A DNA stretch of 64,000 bases from Octopus bimaculoides (taxonomy: Eukaryota), in NCBI RefSeq assembly GCF_001194135.2, contig NC_068981.1:31280183-31344182 (forward strand). The letters run 5' to 3'. Below are positions 37,296 through 52,213 of the stretch, piece by piece (position 1 is the first letter of the stretch; each line of letters opens with the position of its first letter). Under the pieces are notes generated by a model. It was given only the letters and a program-made list of their open reading frames with translations. It made no database searches and was not told the DNA's origin. Made by a program: the position numbers and the translations under genes.

Positions 37296-37769
37296 TTGTA
37301 CCCTATACTATCCTGCAATCTTTAACATGTTTGTGTGTGTGTGTGGGGCACAGACCCGTGCACGTATTAACTGTCTTGTTTCAGTCTCTGGACTGTGGTC
37401 AAGCAACAGTAATCCCTCGAATGATTGTAGTCCATCATATTGGAGCCTATACTCATTGTTTTTATTTTTCTTCGGTCTGGTACTCATTTTAGTGACCACT
37501 AGATCACTGGGCAAGAACACAAATATAGACAAACACACAAAAGTCACACATATATGTATATGTGTGTATGTGAATGTACATGTGTGTATGTTTGTGTGTG
37601 TAGATGAGAGATCTGTAAACATATCTATCTATCGCTTAATTTTGATGGAGAATTAACATGATACATTGTGACGAGGATCGATTTTAGTATTAGGGAAACT
37701 TTCCATCCAACTCATCTCTACGGTTTCCGTTTACCCAAATTCACTTTGAGTGCTTGGGTCGACTCGTGG

Positions 37770-38115
37770 TTATAACGGTTTCAAATTTTAGCACAGGACC
37801 TGCAGTTTTTGATGGAAGGGAAAAGTCGATTACATCGACTCCAATACTTTACTGGTACTTATTTTATTGACTCCGAAAGGATGAAAAGCAAAGTCGACCT
37901 CGTCTGAATTTGAGTTCAGAAAGGTTCTGTCAGCTTGTCACCGTATTCGTGGTTATAATTCTTTCTTTAGGGGAAGGTTGTAGTTGAATAAATTGACCTT
38001 AATGTTCAACTGGTACATATTTAATCGATCTTGAACGAATGAGGGCAAAATCGACCTCGGCAAAATTTGAACTCAGAATTTGTCCAACTTGCTAACGGTT
38101 CTATTAGCTCGACGT
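37770..38115 (-). mobile_element. Two further degenerate SINE family B units in tandem
   Basis: Two repeats of ACTGGTAC.TATTT.AT.GA...GAA.G.ATGA..GCAAA.TCGACCTCG....ATTTGA.TCAGAA at about 37850-37920 and 38010-38080. Confidence 0.7.
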
Positions 38116-39529
38116 CTTACATGTTATAATAAAACCACGATGCTATGAAGTGGATGCGAAAATAATATTTCAATTTCTTGGTCATGTGATTAATAGAAAC
38201 AATTTTTGGTCCTTAATTGTCCAGTAACATCCTATTGATTTCAGAGAAGTAGAATTTCAAATTTGGCAACGATCATGTCCTTCTCATACGTTGAGCAGAT
38301 TAAACATCTACCATCGGATCACCTACCGCTCATTCACCCATTATTGTACGCAAATACGAACACACACACACACACACACACAAACACTCACATGCACACA
38401 AACAGTGACACATACTCACTCAATCACCCATAGAAAAACTCACACTCAATCACCCATACAAACTCACGCAATAATACACAAATAGATAGACTCACTCACT
38501 CACTCACTCACTCACTCACTGCCAATGTAAAATGAACCTCTCAGCTTCAAATTATAGCAACAACACCCAATTATAGGTGGAAATATCATGAGAAATATCT
38601 CGGATGTGGATAGCAAAAGTATAGAACATCGGAAAAAATACGTTACAACATCTAGTTACGTTAATTTCGATTTCGAGTATGAATCCTACCAAATTTGTTT
38701 TGCCACTTGTTCCGATAATTCAAAAATGTAAGTCAAGGACTAAGGTCTAAGTACTCGGCTCTAATCAGCCCTGTTAAGTGTAAACTTATAACTAATTTAC
38801 AAGTTACTATATTATAAAGTTTAACCTTAATATAAACAAGAAACTATACAATAATCTGTATTGATTACAAACAGAATCAGTGCAACTGTGAGGATAGTTG
38901 TCGGTATAATTATAGTTAGATATAGTTACCCGCTCATTTATTTTCAAATATTTAAACCAAAAGGTTATTATTTAGTTGAGCTCGGTCTAATTAGCACTAT
39001 TATCTACTATATCAAAGAAAAGTTAGTTCGTGTACGCTTAAGTGTGCATGTGTGTATGTGCAAAAATGTGTGTGCGTGTGTGTGTGTGTATAAGAGTATG
39101 TGTACCTGTGGGAGTGTGTTGATATATGTCTGAGTGTATATATATTATATTTCTGTCTATGTGTGTGTGTACGTGCACATATACGAATGCGTATGTGTAA
39201 TATGTGTGTGATTTGACTCGCATATGCACAAACAGATGAATGTGTTTAATTTAAATGTTAATCACATCCTTTATCTCTTCATTTAACCTTGTCAATAACC
39301 TTTCCTGTTTCTTGAGTTTCTGCAGCGGGGTCGTAGCTATTGTATACGTGCGTGTATATCTATGCGCCTATATACGTTTGTAAGTAATGTAAATATGGAT
39401 GAAAGTACATCCCAATATGTATATATTTAGGTATGTATGTGTAAATGAATGGATGGATGGATGAATAGCTGTATAAACGTTTGTAGGTCATGCTTCATTT
39501 TTTTCTATATTCACTGTATCATATATATA

Positions 39530-39589
<60 letters not shown>

Positions 39590-42418
39590 ATCAAAACAAA
39601 ACGGAGCCAAGTGGAGCAACTGAGTGTAACCAGTAGTATGGATTTCTATAATAAGAACAAAGAAAGGCGACATGATTAAATAACTCAAATCATTATCGTC
39701 AATTCAACTGGAGAGAAAGTTAAACAAGCAACAAACAGCGAACAGAAGTGATGGAAAAAATTTTCATCTCTGTCAATCAACAACTGCTAGGAATTAAAAT
39801 GGTAATTAGGAGAAGACAGTCTGTTTTTCTATGGAGAAAAGAGTACAGCTTTGAATATATTCACCCAATATTTACATGGTTATAATACTCTGTAATGAGC
39901 TTCGAGATTCACTGTTCCAAAACAGAATCTTTTTACGTTCTCTCGAAAGTTTATAAAATAAACGACGCTAGCAATATGTGTATGTGTGAAAGTATGTGTA
40001 TGTGTATGAGTTTGTGTGTGTGTGTGTGACTGTGTGTGTATTTACTGGCATACGTAATACATAGAATCTGTTATCCTTTCGAGTGTGCTTTGCAAGCATA
40101 CGATATTAACATTGGCAATTACTTGTAGACCACAAAATGATATAAGGTAAAATAAAATATGATTTGCTTAGGCCTTATACCCAAGAAGTGTGAGAAAATA
40201 AAAATATATCTGTGAAATTGTATTTTTCCAACTACATTTGGTAACAACCCCAAAGGTTGAATTATACATATATGCATAAAAATGTTTGTGGATTTGTAAA
40301 TCCAACACTACATTTGCAACTATATTTGGTATCAGAACCCTAAAGCTTGAAAATGATAATAACAAGATTCCTCTGAGGCACAGGGTCAAATGTTGTAGCG
40401 TAATAATTATATTTGAATTATATTAACTCCAGTATTTGGTAGATACTCTATTTTATCGAATCTCAGTTGGTGTAACAGAATACAAAGGGGATATGGATGA
40501 GATTTGAACTCGGAAAGAAATTAATACAACAAAACATTCTATTAGAGAAGAGTATGTATGAAAGAAAAGGATAATAAGAATTAGTTAAGGAATGAGATAG
40601 AAATGGAAGAGTTGGAGGATGTGAGGGATAATCAGAGATTTTGTGGTTGGAGTGAATATAGAGGAAAGGAGAGTTACAGGAGATATGAGAGAGAGGTCAT
40701 GAGAATAGAAGAGTATCGGTTTATACACACACACATACACACACACACACATACCAGGATGATCGAGGAACCAAAAGGGAGAGCATGAAAGTTTAATTCA
40801 ATGGTGACTATGTGTTTGATTAATGGATTGCAAAATATGTGGTGAGGTTGAATGGGAAATATGTTGATATATTAACGAAGGAAGGAAATAGATAAACGTA
40901 AATTGCGATGTGCTGCGAAGGGAAGAGAAGAAAAAGTAGTATAGAGAAGTAGAACATTTGCGAAGTGAGAGAGGAAGGAAATATTAATGAAAAGAAACTG
41001 AACGAAATAACGACAGAGAAAATGAAAGAAAAAAGGAATTGCAGTGTTGAGGAAATTTTGAAGAAAATTGAAGTTAGAGAACTGTTGATGTTGATGTTAT
41101 TGTTATTCTTTAGCTCCAGGTGAGTTCTGATGATGCAGAACACTGATCGAAGCCTTTCTGACCCTATGCTCATGCGCCTTTTATTCTCTGCAGCGTATCG
41201 AGGACTATAGCAATAATTTATTCCTTCATTATTTCTTAAGGCAGTAGCGTCCAGTATTTCGGGTGACCAGATCACGTAGAGAACCTCTTCTCAATGATTC
41301 ATGAAAATCTGGCAAATAATATAATAGTATAAAATAGATGTACCAGGACCAACCTACGACTAACTAATTAGAACTTACCTAGAGAAAAATTTTAAGCTGG
41401 CACTTCTCATTAAACGGAACAAATTTACCTCTTCATTTCCGCTAACAGCGGCAGCTTAGAGCAACGAACTATACTTAGCATGCTGTCCCTAATTCGCAGT
41501 CAGTGATTTTTCGAGACTGTCGTTGACTTTCAATACGTTGCACAGCATCGTAGTCCTAAGCCGGAGTGAGTACATGATCCACTGGCGGAGTACTGATAAA
41601 TTGAGTCAACCTCAGGTCATGGAGTAGTGTGAGTGCGGCTGATAGGAACGATTATATAAAGAGAACCTTGTTGAATTAAGTATCAAAGGATACCGTGTCA
41701 TAACCTGCATTGATAACGATCATTAGATCTAAGCATGGCACTGAAGTTAATTTTGCTTTGCAACTACGTAGATTCGATTTCCATCAAATTGTATCATAAT
41801 TTAAGTATAAGTCTTCAGTCATATTTTCGGATAGGTAAGATTTTGTAAAGGAAATTTGGTGGGCAGAAACTGTGCGGAAATCCTCTACAACGATCGCTTC
41901 TGTTCGAGAGTGGAAAATTAGTTTAAAAAAAACAACCTTTAGAGTGATACAATTTATTAGAATATTCAAGTCGGGTTTTCAATATAAAAGTAACTAAGTT
42001 TCTATTCATTCATCAATCTCGGAGGTCGTTAAAATGGTTAGGGTTTCTGTCCTAATGTCTTTGAATAAATCTTTAAAAAGCAAAATCAGTTTAGAAATCT
42101 AAGACAGGTAACACATTTTCATTTATTGTGAGACCTGTTGAGGCTAATATTTCCAGGGCTGCCTTTCATATAATATCATGGAAAGGAGCGAAAAAAGAAA
42201 AAAACAAGTAATGCGATAGAAATTAATGTAATAAGGAGTATACAAAAATTTATTGGGAAATATAGATTGATAGATACGTTGGAACATGAAAAGAAATGAT
42301 AGCCTAAATGATGAATGAGAGTGAAAGAAGAATGGCGAATTAGGAGGAATCAGACAGAGGAAGATAGAAACCGAGGAGAGTATGCACACACGCGCGCGCA
42401 CACACACATACACATAGG

Positions 42419-42468
<50 letters not shown>

Positions 42469-43590
42469 CATAGATAGATAGATAGATTGAGACACAGGGG
42501 GAGGGAAAGAAAGACAGAGAGAGAAAGAGAGAGACTTACAGATAGACAGGAGGAAGAGAGCGATCGAGAAAGAAAAATGTTTAATCAAGTGTCTAATTGC
42601 TTAATTGATTCATTGATTAATTAACTGGTTGATTTAATTGATCGATAGAATTATTAAGAAAATGTACGAGTCAGGAGTGTTGTGTGAGTGTATGTGTATG
42701 TGTACGTGAGTGTGTGTGTGTGCTTGTGTGTGTGTGTTTGCACGTCTCTGAGCAAGCGAGTGTATTTACATGTTGGTGCGTGTGCGTAGGTGTGTGTGTA
42801 TGTGTGCGCGCGTGCAGTTGCGTATGAGTGTACATGTTTATATGTGTATGTGTGTGTGATACATATGGAGAAAGTTGGAGAAATGTAGAGTAATTGTTTG
42901 AAATATTTTCAGAGGAAGATGAATGAAGACGAAGGAGAGAAGGGAAGGAGAAGTGAGAGTGAGACGAGAGAGAGGGTGGGAGAAACAGTGGGAGAAACGG
43001 AGAGCGAGAGAGAAAGAAAGTTAAGAAGTGAGAGAGTGGGATGTACTTGAGGAAGTTGTAATGAGAACAGCAGAAAACAAGAGATAGAGAGAAATAGAAA
43101 GACAAAAAAAGAAAAGGTAACAAGTGTGTGTGCGTGTGAGACAGAGAGAGAGAGTGAGAGCGAGAGAGAGAGAGGGGGTGGGGTGGGAGTGAGCGAGTGA
43201 AAGGCTGTATTATAGAGACATGTCTATGGAACAAAATAATAGAGGAGAGATAGAAAGAAAATATATTGTGATAGAAAGATTATTTTATATATATATATAT
43301 ATATATATTGATAGGAAGGACAACAAAAGAAAGAAAGAGACCTCGATATTATGTAAATAGAGGAATTTTAAATCCTATCTATCTCATTTCTATCTCATTT
43401 GTTCGACTAAAGGCAGTGTTCCAGCATGGCCACAGTCAAATGACTGCAACAAATAATAGAATAAAAATATATCTTATATCCGAAAAAGAAACACACTGTC
43501 TATCAGAGAGGGAAACACAAATGGAGAGAAAGAGGCAAATAAAAAGATAGATAGATAGATAAATGGAGAAAGAGAGAGAGGAAGAGAAAG

Positions 43591-43663
<73 letters not shown>

Positions 43664-43719
43664 GCTGACAGACAGAAAAAATAACAGAAAAATAAAAGGA
43701 ATGTCTTAACATATTGGTT

Positions 43720-43890
43720 CCAAATTTTGGCACATGGTGAAAATTTTCGGGAAAGAGAGTAAGTTGATTCACTGGTTCTTGTTTTATCAACCCCAAAAGG
43801 GCGAAAGGCAAAGTCGACCTCAACTGACTGTAGATTAAAAACATAAAGATGGACGAAATGCCGCTAACGATTCTGCCAGTTCGTTGTCTT
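43720..43890 (-). mobile_element. Degenerate SINE family B copy
   Basis: ACTGGTTCTTGTTTTATCAACCCCAAAAGGGCGAAAGGCAAAGTCGACCTC...GGACGAAATGCCGCTAACGATTCTGCCAG. Confidence 0.7.
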
Positions 43891-44746
43891 AGATTGTATT
43901 GATAATATTAACAAAAAATAGGACTTGTGGTCATTAAATGTTAGGTAGGTTAACAGCTTGTTTTTTTTATATACATGATCTTATAGTAAATAATCTGTTA
44001 TTATTTCTGTTGTATTTAGTATTGTTGCTACTGATTCACGAAGCGTCTAGCTTATCTAAAAGAAAGCTGTTAGGTTTTACATGCATACATACATATATAC
44101 ATACACACACACAAATACATCCGCCTATATATATATAAATATATGTGTATATGTGTATGTGTATGTACAATTATATGTGTATGTATACACATATACAGAT
44201 ATAAAAGTGTGTATGTGATACACGCAACACACAAGCATACTATACATGCATGCATGTATGTGTGTGGGTGTACAAATATATATATATATATGTATATATN
44301 NNNNNNNNNTACATATATATATATATCAAAAAGTGCCATCACTCTCTGTCATTAATTGCCGTGAGCTCAATATTTGGGCAGTGAGATATCAAACCCTCCA
44401 GAGATAATAACAATTTATAAATCACTTATGCTAAGTAGGTTAAACGACTGCTCACCACTTTGGTCTCGTACTAGACTAGGTCTTACATCCTAACCAGAGA
44501 AATTCCATAGATGTTTCGCAGCTTTAGCCATGCTACCTAGAACGACGTAATGTATTGAAGAATACGCACAAAATCCCATTCACACACATACAGACGCACT
44601 CGTACCAACCCACACATCACGCATTGGTATATAATATGAGTTTATGCTTGTATATATGAGTATGTGTATGCTAAACAATATTTACGTAGACGCGCACACA
44701 CTTAGATATGCATGCTTATATACATGTTTGTGTATTTGTATATGTG

Positions 44747-44794
<48 letters not shown>

Positions 44795-44826
44795 GAGAGA
44801 GAGATATATATAGCTAGCTAGCTAGC

Positions 44827-44870
<44 letters not shown>

Positions 44871-46017
44871 AATATTTTCTTTTGCCCTACTTTCATTCAC
44901 TAGATTGTGATCATAATAGGGCATGACATCCATGTTTTTTTCTGTAATATATCACTGAAAAAGACTTATTACTGTGTGGTATATATTTTATCGGCTCGTA
45001 GTTGCTGAACCGCTAATTTACAGGATACAACACGAACATGCATATAGATTATCATTTCATAAAACGCAAGTTGCTGTGAAAAACTATTCATTGATAATGT
45101 GCATTCGAGCGGGTGTTCTCCACTGATGTTCAATCATTATATAAAATCACGTCAGTTATATTTTCACACAATTACATAGTCTTTTGTGAGTATCATAGTA
45201 ACCTTATCAAATCGAAATTCTCATAGATGTTTGTGTTTGATTCGTAGAAATATAAAGTGTTCAGTTAGATGAGATAAAGTAATAATCATGATCTTTGCAG
45301 GTTTCTTAAACTGCTTAGGTTAATGGTTCAGCTGTCCAGACTGAATACCTGTCTACTGTGTAGAAAATTCATACTCAGAGAGTAAGCCTCCGCACTTGGT
45401 TCTAATACTCTCAGCATAATTATCTTTGTAAAAGTTACATATTCGCAAGAAGGTGTCAATCACCCCAGATTACAAGAATAAAAACAGTAATGTAAGACAA
45501 CGAAATAAAATTGCTGCCGCATTAAAAGAAAAAAATCATCGTGGTTCATATCTATTGTAGAATTGAAGCTCATTCCTTCCTGCTAAAAATTAACCCTTCC
45601 ATCAAATGTTACTTTCAAATGTTGATATGACAAATATATGCCATTCATGCTGCCTAAATAGATTCGGGTATGCATAGCTACATCTCGTGGACATGGAAAC
45701 CACCTAAGGTGCGAATCAATTGTTCTGGAATGAGAGACTGATGACAAGATATTGCAAAACTTTCAAGAATACATAATTGCACGTTGCACTGACCAAAAAT
45801 ACTAATATGGGGACATAGTAAAAAAAAAATATATATATATATAGATTTTTGCTAATTTAATAAGGTACGTGATAAATGCATTTTATATATAATTATATAT
45901 ATATATATATACATACAGAGAGAGAGAGAGAGGGGAGAGAGAGAGGAGAAAGGGTAGAGAGAGAGGGAGTAGGGAGAGAGGAGACGGAGAGAGAGGAGAG
46001 AGGGAGAAGGGAGAAAG

Positions 46018-46222
46018 AGGCGCCTAGTTTAGTGGTTAGGGTGTTGCATTTATGATCGTAAGACTGTAGCTTTGATTCCTAGCCCGGGAGGTGAGTTGTG
46101 TCCTTATGCAAAATACTTTGTTTCGTGTTGCTCCAGTCCAGCTGGCTAAACTGAATAATCCTGCGACGGACCTAGGGGAGAATATATACGCCACAGAATC
46201 TGGGAAACCGGCCTTATGAGAC
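46018..46222 (+). mobile_element. SINE family C copy
   Basis: CCTAGTTTAGTGGTTAGGGTG...TGTGTCCTTATGCAAAATACTTTGTTTCGTGTTGCTCCAGTCCAGCTG...CACAGAATCTGGGAAACCGGCCTTATGAG. Confidence 0.7.
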
Positions 46223-46259
46223 GGAAAGGAGCTTGATCATTTTTCTTTTTGACATATAT

Positions 46260-46371
<112 letters not shown>

Positions 46372-46910
46372 TGTCTATCAGAAGAAACGTTTGTAATGCT
46401 AAATAAATTCCATGGCCTAGTAAGAGAAACAACACATCTGAACTTAAGAGGCTAACAACATTAACATCGTCATGTCTATACCTCCGCATGCATTTATAGA
46501 AGGTCTATTTGAAGAACTCGCCAGATAAACTACACTCGTCAGGTACGAACTTCAAAGCTCAGGCTCCCCACACGTCGTCATCAGTCACCGTAATGCAAAA
46601 ATTTAAACATATCCCTCTGATCATCATTTTAATCGCCCCACTTTTCTTCTTTATATTTTCTTAACCCATCCCTTTTTTTATTCCTTTTATCTAATTCATC
46701 TCTTTGTCACCCTTAATTTGTCTTTCTGTATAACAACTGAACGACACGCTATTAGTCTACGTATTCGCCTTTCTTTCAGAGCCCCCGACATCTATTCCCC
46801 TAATTTCTTTCATGTCCTTTTATCTTTCTAAATTTGTATCCACCATTCTATTTATCTGTATGCATGCAAATCTCTCTCTCTCTCTCTCTCTCTCCCTCTC
46901 TCTCTCTCTT

Positions 46911-46947
<37 letters not shown>

Positions 46948-46961
46948 CTGTCTGTCTGTCA

Positions 46962-47025
<64 letters not shown>

Positions 47026-48029
47026 CCTCATCCATTCCTACTATTATATACTTAATGTTTGTTCAATAGCTTTTCATTCACGCATAAGCAAGCATGTTAA
47101 ACTTTCTGTAAAACCCGTATTTTAGACCATCTCTCTTTCACAGTTTTAAGGGCCTCGTACTCCCACCTTACGAACAGACTGAATTTGTACCTGATACCTT
47201 GTCAGACAGCATATCTGTCTATCTCTCAATGTAGTCTTTGCCTGTTGGACTAATCCAGAAATTTCCGTTTAGCCTTTTATGGTGTTTGCAATCTGATCAT
47301 AGGTAGAAGTTAGTTTAATAATAACCAACACAATTCTAATCACCACCATATCCCCATTCACCTTAACTGGCATTCTTACTGAGCCAACGCCTCAAGAAAC
47401 AATCGTTCACTCAGCTAGAAATAACAACCAAATATCCCTCAGATGGTAAGTTGTTGTCTTCAAAGCAACAATAAGACATTGCATAATGGTAAATTTGAAG
47501 AACTAAAAGATGGGATAGTTACAGCTGGAACTTGTTTGATTGTAGGTCCACTAGATTAGGGCTGGCCTAAAGCAAAATAATAGCCAAAGACAAGTAATAA
47601 TAAAAAGTTGTCACTGCCATTAATTAATAACAATCTCTACTAATTAAGCACAAAGACATTTAGGAAGTGTATTGCTAATTATTTTCCCCATAACACGAAT
47701 GACATAAGAGAAGAATTGGAAGGCAAAGAGAATAGAGGCAAGTATATCAATCCCTTACTGATGTACCCCTTTTCAAGCCTGAGAGTTTAGGAAAAAACTC
47801 GTTAACTCTGTCGCACTAATTTTCCGCTAACCATTTTGTCACGTGAGTGAAATGGAACTGGAGCAACGTCAAATAATGCCATTGTTCAAGGTTATAATCC
47901 TCCTTCCGGGTCGGAAATCGAACTCTCGACCTTATGATTGAAAACACACTTACCTAACCGTTAGTGGAAGTACATAACTTTTAGAAAATCGAAGTAGTGC
48001 TGCATTCGGATTTTATTATTGTTAAGGCA

Positions 48030-48365
48030 GAGACTGTAGGCCACCTGCGCGGCACCTTGGGCAAATAACTTCTACTATAGACCCTAGCCCCTAACCCTGG
48101 GCCAGCAAATGTGTTGTAAGTGGATTTGGTGGATGGAAACTCTGCGCGTGTTTATATATATATATGTGTGTATGTTTCTTAGTGTTATGTCTGACGTCTA
48201 CCACAAACTGACAATCGCTGTTTACGCCCTTGTAACTGAGTAACTAGGCAAAAATAAATCGATAGATAAGTACCAAATTTAAAAATAAGTAATGGAATCG
48301 ATTTGTGCAACCAAACCTTTCAAAGTGGTGCCCCAGTATGACCGCAGTCCAGTAACTCAAACAAG
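48030..48365 (+). mobile_element. Diverged partial SINE family A copy
   Basis: GGCACCTTGGGCAAATAACTTCTACTATAG...GTGGATTTGGTGGATGGAAACT...AAGTGGTGCCCCAGTATGACCGCAGTCC. Confidence 0.7.
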
Positions 48366-49115
48366 GAATAGATAAAAGAAAAAATGTTTTGCGATATTCT
48401 GCTACAAACGTTTAGGATATGAGTTCAAATTCTACGGGATTTCAAATACCAATAATATATGCAAGGGACGGTTTACCCCATTGCCATTATACCTATCCCC
48501 TTATAAAATTGTGGGCCTCTGGCAACGTAAGGAATTAGCATTTGAAGCTATAAATCTATTTCATTTCGCTCGATTAAGTAGAGATATTCGGCTGTCAGAC
48601 TTTTGAAGTGGTTTCGAAACAACTTTCAGTTCAACCCCACATCGCCCCACCAGCAGCACCACCAGCTTCCCTCCACCACCACATCTACCATCAATACTAC
48701 GCCTACCATTACCCTCACCACCACCTGTCTTCACACCACGCCCATCAGCAAGCACTATGCCTAAACTACCTCCCCAACATTACCAACACCTTCGTCCTAC
48801 CCAGCCTTTGCATTCATTTTCCTTCCTTTTCGTCTCAATAGATTCATTACCTGCATCCCACCCGTCATTATATACCAAACAACCGTTCCCCGTTAATAAC
48901 AATAGCACAACAATGAATGAATGGATAAATAGATAAACAAATAAATAAAACGGCCCTTGTTTAAGTGTTGAGAAATGAACCGGCAACACCTGAATTAGGG
49001 TACGTAAGTGAAGGGACGGGTGAAAAGATGGAGGCTGGGCATAGGAATCGGAGACTAAGTTTGTAAATAATATCTGCGTGCATGCGTACGTGCTACCAGT
49101 GATAGATAGATAGAT

Positions 49116-49186
<71 letters not shown>

Positions 49187-49518
49187 NNNNNNNNNNNNNN
49201 NNNNNNNNNNNNNNNNNNNNNNNNNNNNNNNNNNNNNNNNNNNNNNNNNNNNNNNNNNNNNNNNNNNNNNNNNNNNNNNNNNNNNNNNNNNNNNNNNNNN
49301 NNNNNNNNNNNNNNNNNNNNNNNNNNNNNNNNNNNNNNNNNNNNNNNNNNNNNNNNNNNNNNNNNNNNNNNNNNNNNNNNNNNNNNNNNNNNNNNNNNNN
49401 NNNNNNNNNNNNNNNNNNNNNNNNNNNNNNNNNNNNNNNNNNNNNNNNNNNNNNNNNNNNNNNNNNNNNNNNNNNNNNNNNNNNNNNNNNNNNNNNNNNN
49501 NNNNNNNNNNNNNNNNNN

Positions 49519-49572
<54 letters not shown>

Positions 49573-49829
49573 TGAATTAAAATCTGATTATAATTAACAG
49601 AGAAGAATTAAGGAATGAGTACGTATATGCAAAATAGGTCTCCTGTGTGTTTTCGTCTATGTGTATGTGAGTACACCCCCACCTACCTACCCCCACACAT
49701 GCCATCCAAGGATTATTGTTCTTATTATTATATGCCTATAAATATAAATATTTATATATATATATATATAGGCATATAGTAATAATAACAATAATCCATA
49801 ATAAATGGCATACATGTGTGTGTATGTGC

Positions 49830-49874
<45 letters not shown>

Positions 49875-50814
49875 CACTCTCTCTTTCCTTTCCTGAGCGT
49901 CCAATAATACTATCCATATCACGTCCTCACTTTGTTGTTTTTTTGTTTTTTTGTTATTGTTTTTTTTAAACTATATATATATATATGTATGTATGTGGTG
50001 ATTGGTAGGCAGTCAAAACAAATTAGATTGATGCTTAGTTTTATAGGATTGACGGATAAGCTCTTGTCGAAAAATATAAATACAAAAAATATGGATACGC
50101 TTTGGTAGTGTCATAGTAAACGTATTTACACATTTATTTGCCTTATTTCATTCTTTCAATTTCGTTATAAGCAAATATTTAATTCGACATAATTCCATGC
50201 TAAAAATAATTCTCATTAACCGAATCGCTCACACATGTGATATCTGTCTGTTTTTACACACACACTCATACACACACATACACACAAACGCACACACACA
50301 TACACACATGTAAATCTATTTATCTCTTCTCCTCCTCTCTCTTTCTCTATCATGTATCATTCATTCTATTACGCCCATACACGTGTGTACATATATATTT
50401 ACACACTCACATGCATACGAATATATTTTTGTGTGTATAAGGTTGAAAAAATATCGTTATAGGTATAAATATGCCATAAACAATTATAGAAAAATGGACG
50501 AGAAAAATGTTGAACCAAAATTAAGATTTAATACAAAATAGGATTCAATACATACACGCGTTTCAAAGGACAATACAAATATGTAAGAAAAAAATTATAA
50601 TCATAGTAATTATAATTAAATTTATGCATTGTCATTCTCATCAGTGTGAGGAATTTTTGGAAGTATATCAAAAACGGTTCAATAAAATAAAGTAAATTAA
50701 AATTAGATACTATAAGAAAGAATACAAATGGGGTAATGGGGGAAAATCGGGTATTTACAAGCAAGTTGTGTGTATATATACGTGTGTGTGAGTGAGTGCG
50801 TGTGTGTATGGGTG

Positions 50815-51235
50815 GAAGCAGGTGGTTCAATGCTTAACTCATAATCGTAAAACTGGGCTTTCGATTCTTGGACTGAACGATGAGCTGTGTTCTTGAGTAA
50901 TATATTTCATTTCACGTAGCTCCAGTCCGCTCAGCTTGCGATGGACTGGCATCTCGTCCAGAGGAGAGTATGAATACGTCACAGAATCTGGTGAGTATGT
51001 ATACGTCACAGAATCTGGGAAAAACCCGGCCTTATGAACTTATGCCTCGATAGGACCTTTGATCCGTTTTATCTGTTCCACTCATTAGACTGCGGCCAGA
51101 ACTTTTCGTTCAATAAATCGATCCCAGAATTTTTATTTTTAAAGCCTAGTACTTATTATATCGATCTTTCTTTTGTCGAACCACTAAGTTATAGGAACGT
51201 AAACAAAACAACATCGGTTGTCGAGCAGTGGTAGA
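50815..51235. mobile_element. SINE family C copy (+, about 50815-51037) abutting a partial family A tail (-, about 51060-51235)
   Basis: GTGGTTCAATGCTT...TGTGTTCTTGAGTAATATATTTCATTTCACGTAGCTCCAGTCC...GAATCTGGGAAAAACCCGGCCTTATGAA, then GACTGCGGCCA...AAGCCTAGTACTTATT...GTAAACAAAACAACATCGGTTGTC. Confidence 0.65.
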
Positions 51236-51319
51236 AGATGCTGACAAAAAAAAATGAATCACTATCAGATTAGATGTTGCTTTTTACAACATAACTGTAA
51301 AAATTTCATCTCTCTCTCT

Positions 51320-51359
<40 letters not shown>

Positions 51360-51990
51360 CACACTTACACACACATATATGTACATATACATATATATGT
51401 ATATAGAATCACACAAATTCACACACAAACACTCATACGGACAATACTTAAAATATACCGCAGTTACTGAATTCAGTTTTGTTTGTTTACATTTTAAACA
51501 TTCATCATTTAAAAGTATTCAGTTTCACACATCTGACATGTCAACTGATGATAGTTTCGACTACTACATTATGATTGTATCTCAACACACAGATATATGA
51601 TCTTAACCAAAATACAACGAGAGAGTCAAATTTTCATTAAACCACACAATACCAATTTGAAAAATTGAGTGCAGTGAGATCTTGGATGCATTATTATGAA
51701 ATAGAGACGGCTGACAATGGTTGAAGCGTTCTGATGAAAGATCCGCTGAGCAAGGATTAAGTACCTACAAACAGAAAATGAACTTCAATATTGTGTATGA
51801 GAGAGAAGTGGGTATTATTGGCCAGTTGATCCCTCTAATGATTCTCCTCCACTCTGCTGCCTTTTATTGGCATGTTATAGGTGGGGTTCAGTTGGTACAA
51901 CGATACAAGGCTCGAAGAGCCAAGAAGTGAGTGCGAGAGTATCTGACATGAATCTTTCGCTCTCCCCCCCCCTCTCTCTCTCTCTCCCCC

Positions 51991-52026
<36 letters not shown>

Positions 52027-52160
52027 TACATAAAAAAGAAAGAAAATAACCCTCCCGCAAATGTTTAGAGGTGTCCCACTTCTGGAGCACGACATCAATC
52101 TACATATTCTGTCATCAGGAGGCCCTGATCTTAGAATATCAGATAGTCAATATAATTTAG

Positions 52161-52213
<53 letters not shown>

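Noticed and set aside
36867-38115. CRISPR-like or regulatory array of repeated GTCGA motifs
   Set aside because: Eukaryotic DNA; the repeats are internal parts of tandem SINE B units, with no constant repeat-spacer period.
40820-41275. 151-aa minus-strand ORF (…KRRMSIGSERLRS…) as the KCTD N-terminus
   Set aside because: No similarity to the APVHIDVGG BTB start, no suitable donor, and it runs into low-complexity purine-rich DNA.
47420-47580. A fourth dispersed repeat (GCTAGAAATA.CA.CCAAAT…GATGGGAT.GT…; traces at about 5572, 6785 and 55400)
   Set aside because: Copies are too diverged to set boundaries or a class by eye.
51960-52150. Possible KCTD 5' exon (SGPPDDRICRLMSCSRSGTPLNICGR)
   Set aside because: Poor acceptor and donor, and no family motif.
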